Shown here: piece after piece, positions 8,575 through 17,149 of the stretch
How the letters are laid out: each line of letters begins with the position of its first letter
Position numbering within the stretch: position 1 is the first letter of the stretch
Source of the DNA: an uncultured Ardenticatenaceae bacterium
GTDB lineage: Bacteria > Chloroflexota > Anaerolineae > Promineifilales > Promineifilaceae
Reading direction: 5' to 3'
DNA length: 42,412 nt
NCBI GenBank assembly: GCA_964405285.1
Contig: CAYONK010000001.1
Location: forward strand, 1 to 42,412
Position numbers and translations under genes: made by a program
The notes under the pieces: model-generated
Told to the model about the DNA's origin: nothing
The model's input: only the letters and a program-made list of their open reading frames with translations
Databases searched by the model: none

Positions 8575-10017
8575 TTATTGGTTGAAATAGATGAGACGAA
8601 CCGCTTTGTAGTCCCGGTCGGTGGCGCAGATACCGTCGCCATAGAGATGTTCGGCGTCATAGGCAATGCGCGGATTGCCCGCCCCATCCAGCGCCAACGA
8701 CGGCCGGTAGCCACCGTACCAATAAGAAGCCCCACAGCCAATCGGCGGCGCGATGGGGAAATCCGCATCCAGGACGCTCGATTCCTCGGCGATAACTGCC
8801 TGCCAGACAGCGCCATCACTCTGGCAGTCGTCCGTGCAGCGGGCATAGACCAGTCCGGTTGTGCCGTTGAATTGAAAAGCCAGATGGGGCCGGTTGTTGG
8901 CGTCTATGAGCAGGTCGGGGTGCTGGCCGATGCCCCGATCCAGTTCCAGGTCATAGCCGCCCCAATTGTTAAAGTCCAGGCAGTTGTTGTCACACCAGAC
9001 GTAGTACAGTTTCTCGCCGGCGCCGCCGTCAAACGCCCCCTGGTAGAAAGCCAGGCGCGGCCGGCCGCCGCTGTCCAGGCGCAGCGCCCAAAAGGCGTGG
9101 CCGGAACCCCGGTCGAACAGGGCGGCGCGCTCCCAGTTGGCCGGGTCGGCGCAGTTCTGATTGCACTGCAAGTAGTAGACCACGCTGGGGCCAAACGGTG
9201 TCGAAATATAGCTGACGACACGGGGTTGGCCGCTCGCCGTGAACGCCAGCGACGGGTAGACAAACATTTCGTAGTTGGCATCGCCGCCCTGGTCTAGCCG
9301 GGTTTCGTACCAGTTGGCCGGGTTGGTGCAATTGCTGTCGCAAAAGACGTAATAGCTGCCCCAATGCTGGCTGCCCTGATTGTCAAAGTAGATAAAGCGG
9401 GGCCGCCCCTGCCCGTCGAGGGCGAAATAGTTCTGGCCGTAATCCCACAGGCTCATGTCCACCACGTCGTGGTAGGCGACGTTGAGCAGCGACCAGTTGG
9501 CGGCGCTGGCGCAGTTGTTGTCGCAGGCGGCGTATTGGAAGTAGCCGCCCCCGCTGCCGGTTTTGAGTAAGAGGCGGGGTTGACCAACGGCCGTTAACTG
9601 CAATTGCACCTCCTGCACGTCATCGCTCAGGGCGATGCCCGACCAGTTGGCTGCCTGGCTGCAATCGGTGGTGGCTGGTTGGCAAGTGCGGTAGTAGGCG
9701 GCGCTCTCATTGTTGCTATCCAGGCCGAAGGCGGCGTAGGCGAGGTGCATCCGACCGCTGGCGTCTACCTTGAGGTAGGCGCTGTTGGTCTGGCGTGTCT
9801 TGTCCAGGAAAAGCGCCCCTTCACCGCTGTTGCCGGGCGGCGGCGGTGTTGGCGGCGGCGTCCCCGGCTTAACCGCTAAAGGGAGATAGATGGTATGGTC
9901 AGCCTCGGCTGACGCAGCCACGCTGCTGTATCCCGGTCTGCTGATAGCCAGTCCGAACACGAAGAGGGTCAAGAAGAATAAGATGGGCCAATAATGGGTT
10001 GTCTGTCTTTGTTGCAT
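8575..10017 (-). CDS. Secreted/membrane-anchored protein with six Cys-x2-3-C-x4-ANW repeats (propeller-like)
   Basis: ATG at 10017 follows an AGGAG SD, which I prefer to the tracked start at 10077. N-terminal hydrophobic segment WPILFFLTLFVFGLAI. Six roughly 55-aa repeats end in YY..C(D/N)xNCxxxANW. Confidence 0.7.
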   Translation of the reverse strand: MQQRQTTHYWPILFFLTLFVFGLAISRPGYSSVAASAEADHTIYLPLAVKPGTPPPTPPPPGNSGEGALFLDKTRQTNSAYLKVDASGRMHLAYAAFGLDSNNESAAYYRTCQPATTDCSQAANWSGIALSDDVQEVQLQLTAVGQPRLLLKTGSGGGYFQYAACDNNCASAANWSLLNVAYHDVVDMSLWDYGQNYFALDGQGRPRFIYFDNQGSQHWGSYYVFCDSNCTNPANWYETRLDQGGDANYEMFVYPSLAFTASGQPRVVSYISTPFGPSVVYYLQCNQNCADPANWERAALFDRGSGHAFWALRLDSGGRPRLAFYQGAFDGGAGEKLYYVWCDNNCLDFNNWGGYDLELDRGIGQHPDLLIDANNRPHLAFQFNGTTGLVYARCTDDCQSDGAVWQAVIAEESSVLDADFPIAPPIGCGASYWYGGYRPSLALDGAGNPRIAYDAEHLYGDGICATDRDYKAVRLIYFNQ

Positions 10018-10143
10018 GTGCCAGTCTCCTGATAAAGACGGAAGACGGGGGATGAATAAGCAATATCTCTGCTCCATCCCCCGTCTTCCATCATGTGTAA
10101 TTGATAACAGCGGCAGGGTAGCAAAACGGCCGTTTGCCCAGCG

Positions 10144-11334
10144 TTAGCCCATCGTTTGTAAAACAATGTCCGGTTCAAACAGGCGGGCGGGTGGGGCCAA
10201 TCCCTGTTGCACGGCGTAGAGCGTTTCTAGCACCGAAGCGCTGTGGAGGCTTCTTGCCACCACCCGCGCCAGATAGGGGGTCAGGTCGCCGTTGTCTCCC
10301 AGGTGGCGGCCGGTCCAGCGCCGCGCCTCAGCCTGGACCAATTGGTGAACAGGACGCAGGTGGTGGGCCAGATGACGAGCCAGGCGGCGCTGGAAACGGC
10401 CGTTGTCAGTCCCCAACACCCCCGCGCTTTCCCGGTCCTCGGCCAGGCAATTTATCAGCGAGGCCCGCACAGCGAGCGCGTGACTCACCGGCTGCCCCAG
10501 CAAAGGGTTGGGCAGGTAGCCGGGCAACGGGAGATGCACCCGGTCGGCGGTGGTGGGCAACCTGGCTGACCAGTTGGCGATGGACAGGCGTGACACGGCG
10601 GCCAATGGCTCCGCCTGCGCCAATAATTCCGCCAGGTCTGGATTGGGTAAGGAATGGGCATACGTTAAAAAGGCATTCTCGTCCAGTGGGGGCGGGTCGG
10701 CGGCTGTGCCCCAAAGCGCCAGGTAGAACTGACCGGTCATAACGGGCAGAACGACGGCCCCACGCCGGGGGGCGATAGCCGGTTCCTCTGGCTCAATGAC
10801 CAGCATATGCCAGCTTACCTGGTGGCCGTGAGGCCATTGGTAGGGGCGACTGCTCCCGACCAGCAGCGCCGGGCTGGGCGCAGGCAGGTTGCCCTGACCA
10901 TTGGCTTCGATAGTCAGCCCGGCCGCTGCCGGAGCTGTTTGGGATAATGTGGCAAGGGGGTGGAACTGAACGGCCGTTTCCCTTTCCAACCGCCTGCGTA
11001 TCGCCGCCAACAGCAGGGCCGGTTGGCAGCTGATCAGATCGTAGGCGGAACAGTAGCGGGGTCGCCAACGGCCGTTGACCGACCAGGCCACGCGCAGCCC
11101 CAGGTTAAACCGGGCTGCTCCGGCCTCAACCAGTTCGGCCGGAAGGCCAGGGAACACTCCTTCGAGCGCTGCCTGATCATGGCCGTTGAGCAGATAGGGC
11201 GGCGCGGCGGCAAGCGGTTGTTCCACCACAACCACTTGCCGGAAAAAGCGGGTCAGCGCCTGAGCCGTCAACAACCCGGTCAGGCCATCCCCCAAGACGA
11301 GGGCTTGCTGATGATGGGTAGAGTGCGTATTCAT
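10144..11334 (-). CDS. Hypothetical protein with N-terminal FAD/NAD(P)-binding Rossmann motif (start uncertain, 11334-11412)
   Basis: ALVLGDGLTGLLTAQAL...VVVVEQ gives GxGxxG plus an acidic residue at the end of beta2. I recognised no further family. Confidence 0.55.
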   Translation of the reverse strand: MNTHSTHHQQALVLGDGLTGLLTAQALTRFFRQVVVVEQPLAAAPPYLLNGHDQAALEGVFPGLPAELVEAGAARFNLGLRVAWSVNGRWRPRYCSAYDLISCQPALLLAAIRRRLERETAVQFHPLATLSQTAPAAAGLTIEANGQGNLPAPSPALLVGSSRPYQWPHGHQVSWHMLVIEPEEPAIAPRRGAVVLPVMTGQFYLALWGTAADPPPLDENAFLTYAHSLPNPDLAELLAQAEPLAAVSRLSIANWSARLPTTADRVHLPLPGYLPNPLLGQPVSHALAVRASLINCLAEDRESAGVLGTDNGRFQRRLARHLAHHLRPVHQLVQAEARRWTGRHLGDNGDLTPYLARVVARSLHSASVLETLYAVQQGLAPPARLFEPDIVLQTMG

Positions 11335-11628
11335 GAAGGGAGTGTAACGAAACGGCCGTTTGCCCATCGTTGGGGGAGCGCTTGGGGCCGGGATGAGGAC
11401 GCGGACGACCAATGATCCAGTCTGGCGCGCAAACTGGCTGTTATATTTTGACCACCCATGACGACATTATGGTGGACGACTTGTGGCAACGCCTGGCAAA
11501 CGCTGGTCAAACGGCCGTTGCGCTATCGTTCCTAACAAGACGCCCGAAGACGAAGGAAGAACGACAGAAAAGGCAAAACAGCCGCTTTATCTTTCGTCCT
11601 CGAGAGCAAATCGAAGGAGGACATTATC

Positions 11629-13371
11629 ATGTCTCGCACGCATATTTTTATTCTATTAGGAGGTGGCCTGGGGCTGGTGCTGGCCGCAATTGGCGGAGTA
11701 GCTTTGCTGGTACACAGCTTCTTCCTCATTGACAACACGGACACGGTGGCAGCGACCCCCATCGCCGTTGTTGAAACGCTGCCGACGCCCACCGACACCA
11801 TCACCCCGCCGACCGAGGAAGCGACGCCGGAAACGGCCGTTACGCCCACCCCCACCGCTGAAGCCAGCCCGGCTGCTGGCGGAGTGACCGCCTGCACCAA
11901 CGCTGCCCTCTTTGTCAGCGATGTGACCATCCCGGACAACAGCGACGTTGCGCCGGGCGCTGACTTCCTCAAAACGTGGCGGCTGAAAAACAACGGCACC
12001 TGCATCTGGGACGGCCGTTACCATCTCGTCCATACCGGCGGCCCGACGCTTGATGCCGTTGTGCGGCAGATAGCCTTGCCCGCCATCGTCGCCCCTGGCG
12101 AAACGGTTGACGTCAGCGTGCAGATGAGATCGCCCGTGACGCCCGGCGTTTATCAGAGCAATTGGATATTGGAATCACCCCAGGGCACGCGCTTTGGCGT
12201 AGGGCGCAGCGGCAGCGCGGTTTGGGTGAAAGTGCGGGTTCCCGGCGGGCAGCCAACAGCTTCGCCCACCACCAGCGCAGCCTGCACCAATGCGGCCACC
12301 TTTGTCGCCGATATTTCGATTCCCGATGACAGTGAAATCCCCACCGGGGCATCGTTTATCAAGACGTGGCGCATTCGCAACAGCGGGACTTGCACCTGGG
12401 ACGGCCGTTACAAACTGGCCCACGTAGATGGTCATCTGCTGGGCGCGGTGGTGGGGCAAATGGCGCTGCCCGCCAGCGTGGCCCCCGGCCAGACCATTGA
12501 CTTGAGTGTGCAGTTGACGGCCCCGACCGCAGCGGGCAGCTACCGGGGCGATTGGAAATTGGTCACGCCGCAAAACAATCTGTTTGGCCTGGGCAGCAGC
12601 CATGCCCCCTTGTGGGTCAAAATTAAGGCGTTCAGCACGCCCACGCAAGATGGCTCCATCTCCGGTCTGGTGTACCAGGATCAGGATGAAAACGGCCGTT
12701 ACGACAACGGTGAACCCCTGATGGGGAGCCGTGAAGTGTGGCTCATTGAGGGCACGGCCTGCCACGTATTGCAAAATGCGACCCAGACGACCTGGAGCGG
12801 CACAGACGGCCGTTATTGGTTCAACGGCCGTTTCAGCGGCAGCTACTGTGTGGGCTTGATGGGCAGCGACGGTTTGTTGGAAGACGTAACGGCCGTTACC
12901 GTGACCAGCGGCCAGACCGTCACCAATGCCAACCTGCGCGCCTTGATCCCCAATGGCTCCATCAGCGGCTACCTATGGGATGACTCCTGTGTGACGGCAG
13001 AAAACGGGGAGATATTGGCCGGGAACTGCGTCATGGACGGCAATGGCGTGTACCACGCCGACGGCATGATCCAGCCCACGGAAAGCTACATCGCCGGTGT
13101 AACCATCTCGCTGCGCCCCGGCTCTTGCACCAACAACAGCGGCGGGACGGTAGGCGCGGTGACAAACAGCAACGGCCGTTACACCTTCGCCAACCTGAAT
13201 CCGGGCGTCTACTGCGTCTCCATGAACGCCGCCTCACCGGAAAACGTCCCCCTGCTGCTGCCCGGCGATTGGACCTTCCCCGCCAGAGGCATCTGGTATC
13301 ACCAGATCACCCTGGCTCCCGGCGAGCATCTGCCGGTAGTCAACTTCGGTTGGGATTATCAGTTGCGCTAA
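11629..13371 (+). CDS. Membrane-anchored surface protein: Thr/Pro linker, two tandem NBR1-FW-like Ig domains, SdrD-B/carboxypeptidase-regulatory-like repeats
   Basis: N-terminal TM segment ILLGGGLGLVLAAIGGVALLV. Duplicated roughly 115-aa modules (ACTNAA.FV.D..IPD....G..F.KTWR..N.G.C.WDGRY) are about 50% identical to each other. SISG(L/Y)..D motifs also occur. GAAGGAGG SD upstream. Confidence 0.75.
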   Translation: MSRTHIFILLGGGLGLVLAAIGGVALLVHSFFLIDNTDTVAATPIAVVETLPTPTDTITPPTEEATPETAVTPTPTAEASPAAGGVTACTNAALFVSDVTIPDNSDVAPGADFLKTWRLKNNGTCIWDGRYHLVHTGGPTLDAVVRQIALPAIVAPGETVDVSVQMRSPVTPGVYQSNWILESPQGTRFGVGRSGSAVWVKVRVPGGQPTASPTTSAACTNAATFVADISIPDDSEIPTGASFIKTWRIRNSGTCTWDGRYKLAHVDGHLLGAVVGQMALPASVAPGQTIDLSVQLTAPTAAGSYRGDWKLVTPQNNLFGLGSSHAPLWVKIKAFSTPTQDGSISGLVYQDQDENGRYDNGEPLMGSREVWLIEGTACHVLQNATQTTWSGTDGRYWFNGRFSGSYCVGLMGSDGLLEDVTAVTVTSGQTVTNANLRALIPNGSISGYLWDDSCVTAENGEILAGNCVMDGNGVYHADGMIQPTESYIAGVTISLRPGSCTNNSGGTVGAVTNSNGRYTFANLNPGVYCVSMNAASPENVPLLLPGDWTFPARGIWYHQITLAPGEHLPVVNFGWDYQLR

Positions 13372-13377
13372 GGAACT

Positions 13378-13436
13378 GGGATTGGAGATTGGAGATTAGA
13401 GATTGGACCAATCTCCAATCTCTAATCTCCAATCTC
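13378..13436. repeat. Long palindrome built from heptamer repeats (GATTGGA/GATTAGA x4, then the complement x4)
   Basis: GGGATTGGAGATTGGAGATTAGAGATTGG-a-CCAATCTCCAATCTCTAATCTCCAATCTCC forms a stem of about 29 bp with one mismatch and two G-U pairs. It lies 7 nt after the stop of 11629..13371, between convergent genes. Confidence 0.85.
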
Positions 13437-13474
13437 CATCATTTACACTGCGCCCTTTACACTGAGACAATGCT

Positions 13475-16400
13475 TCAAATACGGGCCAGCAGTTCCGCGA
13501 TTGAGGGAGCAACGGCCGTTTCCCCCATCCCCTTCTCCGCCAACTGCGTCACCAGCTTAGCGGCGCGGGTCTGAACCGGGCCGCTGCTGGCCGGATGGCT
13601 CTGGACCCGCTGCGCCAGGGCATAAGCAGCCGCTTTCTGCCCCGTTTGCGCGTAGAGGTCGGCCAGACCGGCCAACGCTTCCAGCGCATAGGGCAGGGCA
13701 TGGGCAGCTACGGCGGTCGCAAAGGCATCCCGATAGGCCGTTTCCGACCCGGCATAATCCCCCTGGGCCAGGCGAATGGCGGCCGCTAACGTTTGCCCTT
13801 GGGTAATGCGCCAGCGATCACCCAGTTCGGTGAAGATAGTCAGGCTGCTGTGAACGGCCGTTTCCGCCTCTTCATAGTCTGCCTGGGCCAGTTTGAGCGC
13901 GCCCAGGTTGTGCAAAAAGGTAGCTACGCCATACCGGTCGCCCGCATTTTGGGCCAGCGTCAAACCCTCTTGCAGCGCGGCTTCCGCTTCCTCATGTTTA
14001 CCTATGACGCGGGTCACAATGCCAAAAAATGAAAAACAGAAGACGCCCAGCCGGGGGGAGCCATTGCGCCGCCAGATAGTCAGGCTTTTGCTAAGCAGCT
14101 CATAGGCTTGCGCCGCCTGCCCCTGAGCCAGGCGCACCATGCCCAGAATGGCCAGGCTGTAAGCCTCGCCCCAATCATCCTTGAGCCGTTGGCTAATAGC
14201 CAGGCCCTCGTCGAGGGCGCTCTGGGCCGTGGCGTAATCGCCGCTGATGTAGGCCACCATGCCCAACTGGAACAAGGCAAATTGCAGGCAGCGCTCTTTC
14301 TCGGCGTGGGGTGCGCTCATCCGAATGTGGGGCAGGCTCTCATCCAGGGCGGTGCGGGCCTCGGCCATCTGGCCGCAGCGAAAATGGAACCAGCCCTGGC
14401 TGCCCAGCACGGCCCCCAACAGTAATCGGGCAGCCGGATTGACTGACTCCGTTTTGACCAATGGTTGTAATCGTTCAGTGGTATCGCTTAACACGCGCAG
14501 CCCTTCCTGGTTCCAGGAACGGAGTTCAAAACAGGTAGGATACGTGCGGGCGGCCCGGAGCAGCAGATCCCACTGCTGCTGCGCCAGACCCCATTCCCAG
14601 GCGACCCGCAAGTCGCCGACGCTGGTCGTCAACTGCTCAAAGACGAGGCTGCGCAGATGGCTGAACAAGTTGGCCTCGCTGTCGGCTAACCAGTCGAGAA
14701 AATAACGGCCGTGTTTTGCCGCAACTTCCTGGTAGGCGGTCGTATCGGCGTGCAGCCGTTCCCCCGCATATTGGCGGATCAGCTCGTGCAGACTGTAGCG
14801 GTCTGGTCCCTGACGGCGCAGCAACGATTTGTCAATCAGGCTGGATAACAGCGGCAGCGCCGCCTCGGCCACGGCTGCGGCGGCCGACCGGGTAAAGCTG
14901 CCCTGAAAAATGGTCAAAGCCTGTAATCGTTGCCGTTCGGCGGGTGTCAGCAGCGCCCAGGATTGGTCAAACACGGCGCGCAAGTTCTGGTGCTGCGCCG
15001 GGATATTGCGCGTGCTGACTACTAGAAAATCGAGGCTTTGCTCGATCTCCTGAGCAATCTCAGCGCAGGAAAGCAGCCGCGTCCAGGAGGCGGCCAGCTC
15101 AATACCCAGCGGCAGCCCCCCGACCAATTGGCAAATTCGGGCCACCGCCTCATAGTCGGCCGGAGTCAGGTTGAAGTTGTTGTCGGCGCGGCGGGCGCTC
15201 TGCGTGAAGAGGGCAACCGCGCTGCTGTTTTCCATTTCGGCGGCGACGGGCGCGGCCGGCAGCGTGAATTCGCCCAGGGCAAAGCTCCACTCTTCTTGTA
15301 GATCGAGCCGCTGCCGCGAAGTGACCAGCAGCTTGACGCCTTGGGCCTGGGCCAGAATGTCGGCGATCAGGTCTATGCCCTGAAGCAAATGCTCGAAGTT
15401 GTCGAGGAATATCAGCATCTCGCGTTGGGACAACAGGTGGAGCAGTTGGCTGCGGGTGTCGGGCTGTCCGGCCAGGGTCAGGTTGAGGGCGCTGGCGATG
15501 GTGGCGGCCAGAAAATCGGCCGAATTGAGCGGGCGCAGGGAGACGTAGGCCACGCCATCGCGGAAATGGGGTTGTTGGGAAACGGCCGTTTGCAGCGCCA
15601 GCCGCGTTTTCCCCATCCCGCCCGGTCCGGTGATGGTCAGCAGACGGCAGTGGGGGTCGGCTAATAGTCGGCCGATCTCAAGCAGTTCCACCGCGCGGCC
15701 GATGAAAGGCGTGGGGGGCTGGGGCAGCGGCCGGGGTTCGCTTGGGGCCAATGTCGGCGGCAGGGCAACCGCTGACGCGGCCTGCGCCAGCGCTGCCTCA
15801 TAGGCGGCCTGTGTGGCTGCTTCTGGCTCAACGCCAAGCTCCTGCGCCAGCCTGTCCACACACTGCTGGTAGACACGCCGGACGGCGCTCCGCTCCCCCG
15901 CCAGAGCGTGAAGACGCAGCAGGCGGATGGTGTGGGCCTCGTTGAGCGGGTCTTGTTGGGTCAGTTTTTGAGCGTAATCAGACGCAGCCTGATACTCCCC
16001 CGCTTCGGTGAGCAGGTCTACCAGCTGAACCAGGGCTGCCTGGTAACGGCGGGCCAGGTCATCCCGCTGCGGGATCAGCCAATCTTCGTAGTTGGCGGGG
16101 AGCAAATCACCCCGGTAGTGGGTGATGGCCTGCTCCAACCAGCGGCGGGCGGTGTGGGGATCGGCCGTTTGTCCGGCGGCCAGCAGCGCCTCTTCAAAGT
16201 CAGCCACGTCTAGCCGGTAGGGGAGTTGGGGCCGCCATTGCAGGGTCAGCTTGTCGGCGACCAGGTAGCTGTCGGCGTTGGGCAATGCCTGGCGTAGGGT
16301 GTGCAACAGGTAGCGCAAGTTGCTCAATGCTTGCGTCTCGGTCGAGTCGGGCCAGAGCAAAAAGGCGAGATGGCGGCGGGATTGGGGGGCGTCGCGGTGC

Positions 16401-16513
16401 AGCAGCAGATAGGCCAGCAAGGTTTTGGGGCGGTCGGCGTTGAGAGTGGGCAGGGAACGGCCGTTTATCTGCACATTAAACTCGCCCAAAAGGCAAATTT
16501 CTATGGGTTGCAT
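13475..16513 (-). CDS. SARP/BTAD-family transcriptional regulator with NB-ARC-type ATPase and TPR repeats (AfsR-like)
   Basis: N-terminal winged-helix plus BTAD (ICLLGEF.V..NGR...RPKTLLAYLLL). P-loop ITGPGGMGKTRLA. The C-terminal half has a TPR-like periodicity. Confidence 0.85.
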   Translation of the reverse strand: MQPIEICLLGEFNVQINGRSLPTLNADRPKTLLAYLLLHRDAPQSRRHLAFLLWPDSTETQALSNLRYLLHTLRQALPNADSYLVADKLTLQWRPQLPYRLDVADFEEALLAAGQTADPHTARRWLEQAITHYRGDLLPANYEDWLIPQRDDLARRYQAALVQLVDLLTEAGEYQAASDYAQKLTQQDPLNEAHTIRLLRLHALAGERSAVRRVYQQCVDRLAQELGVEPEAATQAAYEAALAQAASAVALPPTLAPSEPRPLPQPPTPFIGRAVELLEIGRLLADPHCRLLTITGPGGMGKTRLALQTAVSQQPHFRDGVAYVSLRPLNSADFLAATIASALNLTLAGQPDTRSQLLHLLSQREMLIFLDNFEHLLQGIDLIADILAQAQGVKLLVTSRQRLDLQEEWSFALGEFTLPAAPVAAEMENSSAVALFTQSARRADNNFNLTPADYEAVARICQLVGGLPLGIELAASWTRLLSCAEIAQEIEQSLDFLVVSTRNIPAQHQNLRAVFDQSWALLTPAERQRLQALTIFQGSFTRSAAAAVAEAALPLLSSLIDKSLLRRQGPDRYSLHELIRQYAGERLHADTTAYQEVAAKHGRYFLDWLADSEANLFSHLRSLVFEQLTTSVGDLRVAWEWGLAQQQWDLLLRAARTYPTCFELRSWNQEGLRVLSDTTERLQPLVKTESVNPAARLLLGAVLGSQGWFHFRCGQMAEARTALDESLPHIRMSAPHAEKERCLQFALFQLGMVAYISGDYATAQSALDEGLAISQRLKDDWGEAYSLAILGMVRLAQGQAAQAYELLSKSLTIWRRNGSPRLGVFCFSFFGIVTRVIGKHEEAEAALQEGLTLAQNAGDRYGVATFLHNLGALKLAQADYEEAETAVHSSLTIFTELGDRWRITQGQTLAAAIRLAQGDYAGSETAYRDAFATAVAAHALPYALEALAGLADLYAQTGQKAAAYALAQRVQSHPASSGPVQTRAAKLVTQLAEKGMGETAVAPSIAELLARI

Positions 16514-16638
16514 GGCAGCCTCTTACAAGGTGGCAAAGTCATCACAGCTAGAGATGGTACAGGGTGGAATGGAGATGCTGCTGATTATAGAACAGCTTAT
16601 GGGAATCAAACAAATCCACGCCTGCCGGACTCACCTTC

Positions 16639-17004
16639 TTGGGCGCCCGGTATTATGGCAACGCGGTTCACCTGGAATACCAGGCCGCGAATAACGAAGG
16701 CTACCTGATCATCACGCAATCTAAGCATGGTTTCTTGCAGTCAGATTGGGATGCGGCGCCGGAAACGGCCGTTATCCCAGTGCAGATTGGCGATATACCG
16801 GGCGAACTGGTGCAAGGCACTTTTGTGGCCTACGCCGGTGCAGAGACAGCCGAGTGGAACTCGCTTGCGCCCGTCCTGCGCCTGCGCTGGATGCAGGACG
16901 GCATCTGGTTTGAGATGGGCCGGTATGGTTCTGCCCACGCCGTAACCCAACTGGACCAGGCTGACCTGGTGGCGCTGGCGGAGAGCCTGGCCGTTCAGCC
17001 GTAA
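16639..17004 (+). pseudogene. Possible remnant or short gene resembling the C-terminal domain of DUF4367-type (anti-sigma-associated) proteins
   Basis: The frame opens only at 16591 and has no ATG, only TTG at 16639. The translation YYGNAVHLEYQAANNEGYLIITQSK...VLRLRWMQDGIWFEM looks like a C-terminal domain with no N-terminal part. Confidence 0.3.
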
Positions 17005-17064
17005 GGCAAGAAGAGGCTTCCTGGGCAGTTGCCTGAATGTGTGACGTGGTTTGGCACAAAGTAC

Positions 17065-17104
17065 AAAACGGCCGTTACGTGCAGCGACGTAACGGCCGTT
17101 TTTT
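17065..17104. terminator. Intrinsic terminator built from two AACGGCCGTT palindromes
   Basis: AAAACGGCCGTTACGT-gcagcg-ACGTAACGGCCGTTTTTT forms a 16-bp stem with a T-tract. It lies between convergent genes. Confidence 0.8.
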
Positions 17105-17149
17105 AGTTGCCATAAGCCCGGCGCAGCACCGCCACACCTGGCTATCAGC

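Noticed and set aside
8539-9297. 252-aa plus-strand ORF, with similar long antisense ORFs at 373-1011, 10134-10742, 12175-12774, 20465-21294, 21355-21936 and 23188-23670
   Set aside because: Each lies entirely inside, and antisense or out of frame to, a longer ORF with recognisable domains. The translations are Arg/Gly/Ala/Pro-rich and low in complexity. These are typical shadow ORFs of GC-rich DNA.
13378-13436. Possible CRISPR or minisatellite array
   Set aside because: The repeat units are only 7 nt with no spacers, and the second half is the exact complement of the first. This is a palindrome, not a CRISPR array.
13125-13574. 149-aa plus-strand ORF spanning the heptamer palindrome
   Set aside because: It overlaps the 3' ends of two well-supported convergent genes and reads through the hairpin. 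The composition is Arg-rich and shadow-like.
16301-16708. 135-aa and 89-aa plus-strand ORFs across the SARP regulator start
   Set aside because: They largely overlap the N-terminal coding region of the 1012-aa regulator on the opposite strand. No domain signal or SD.
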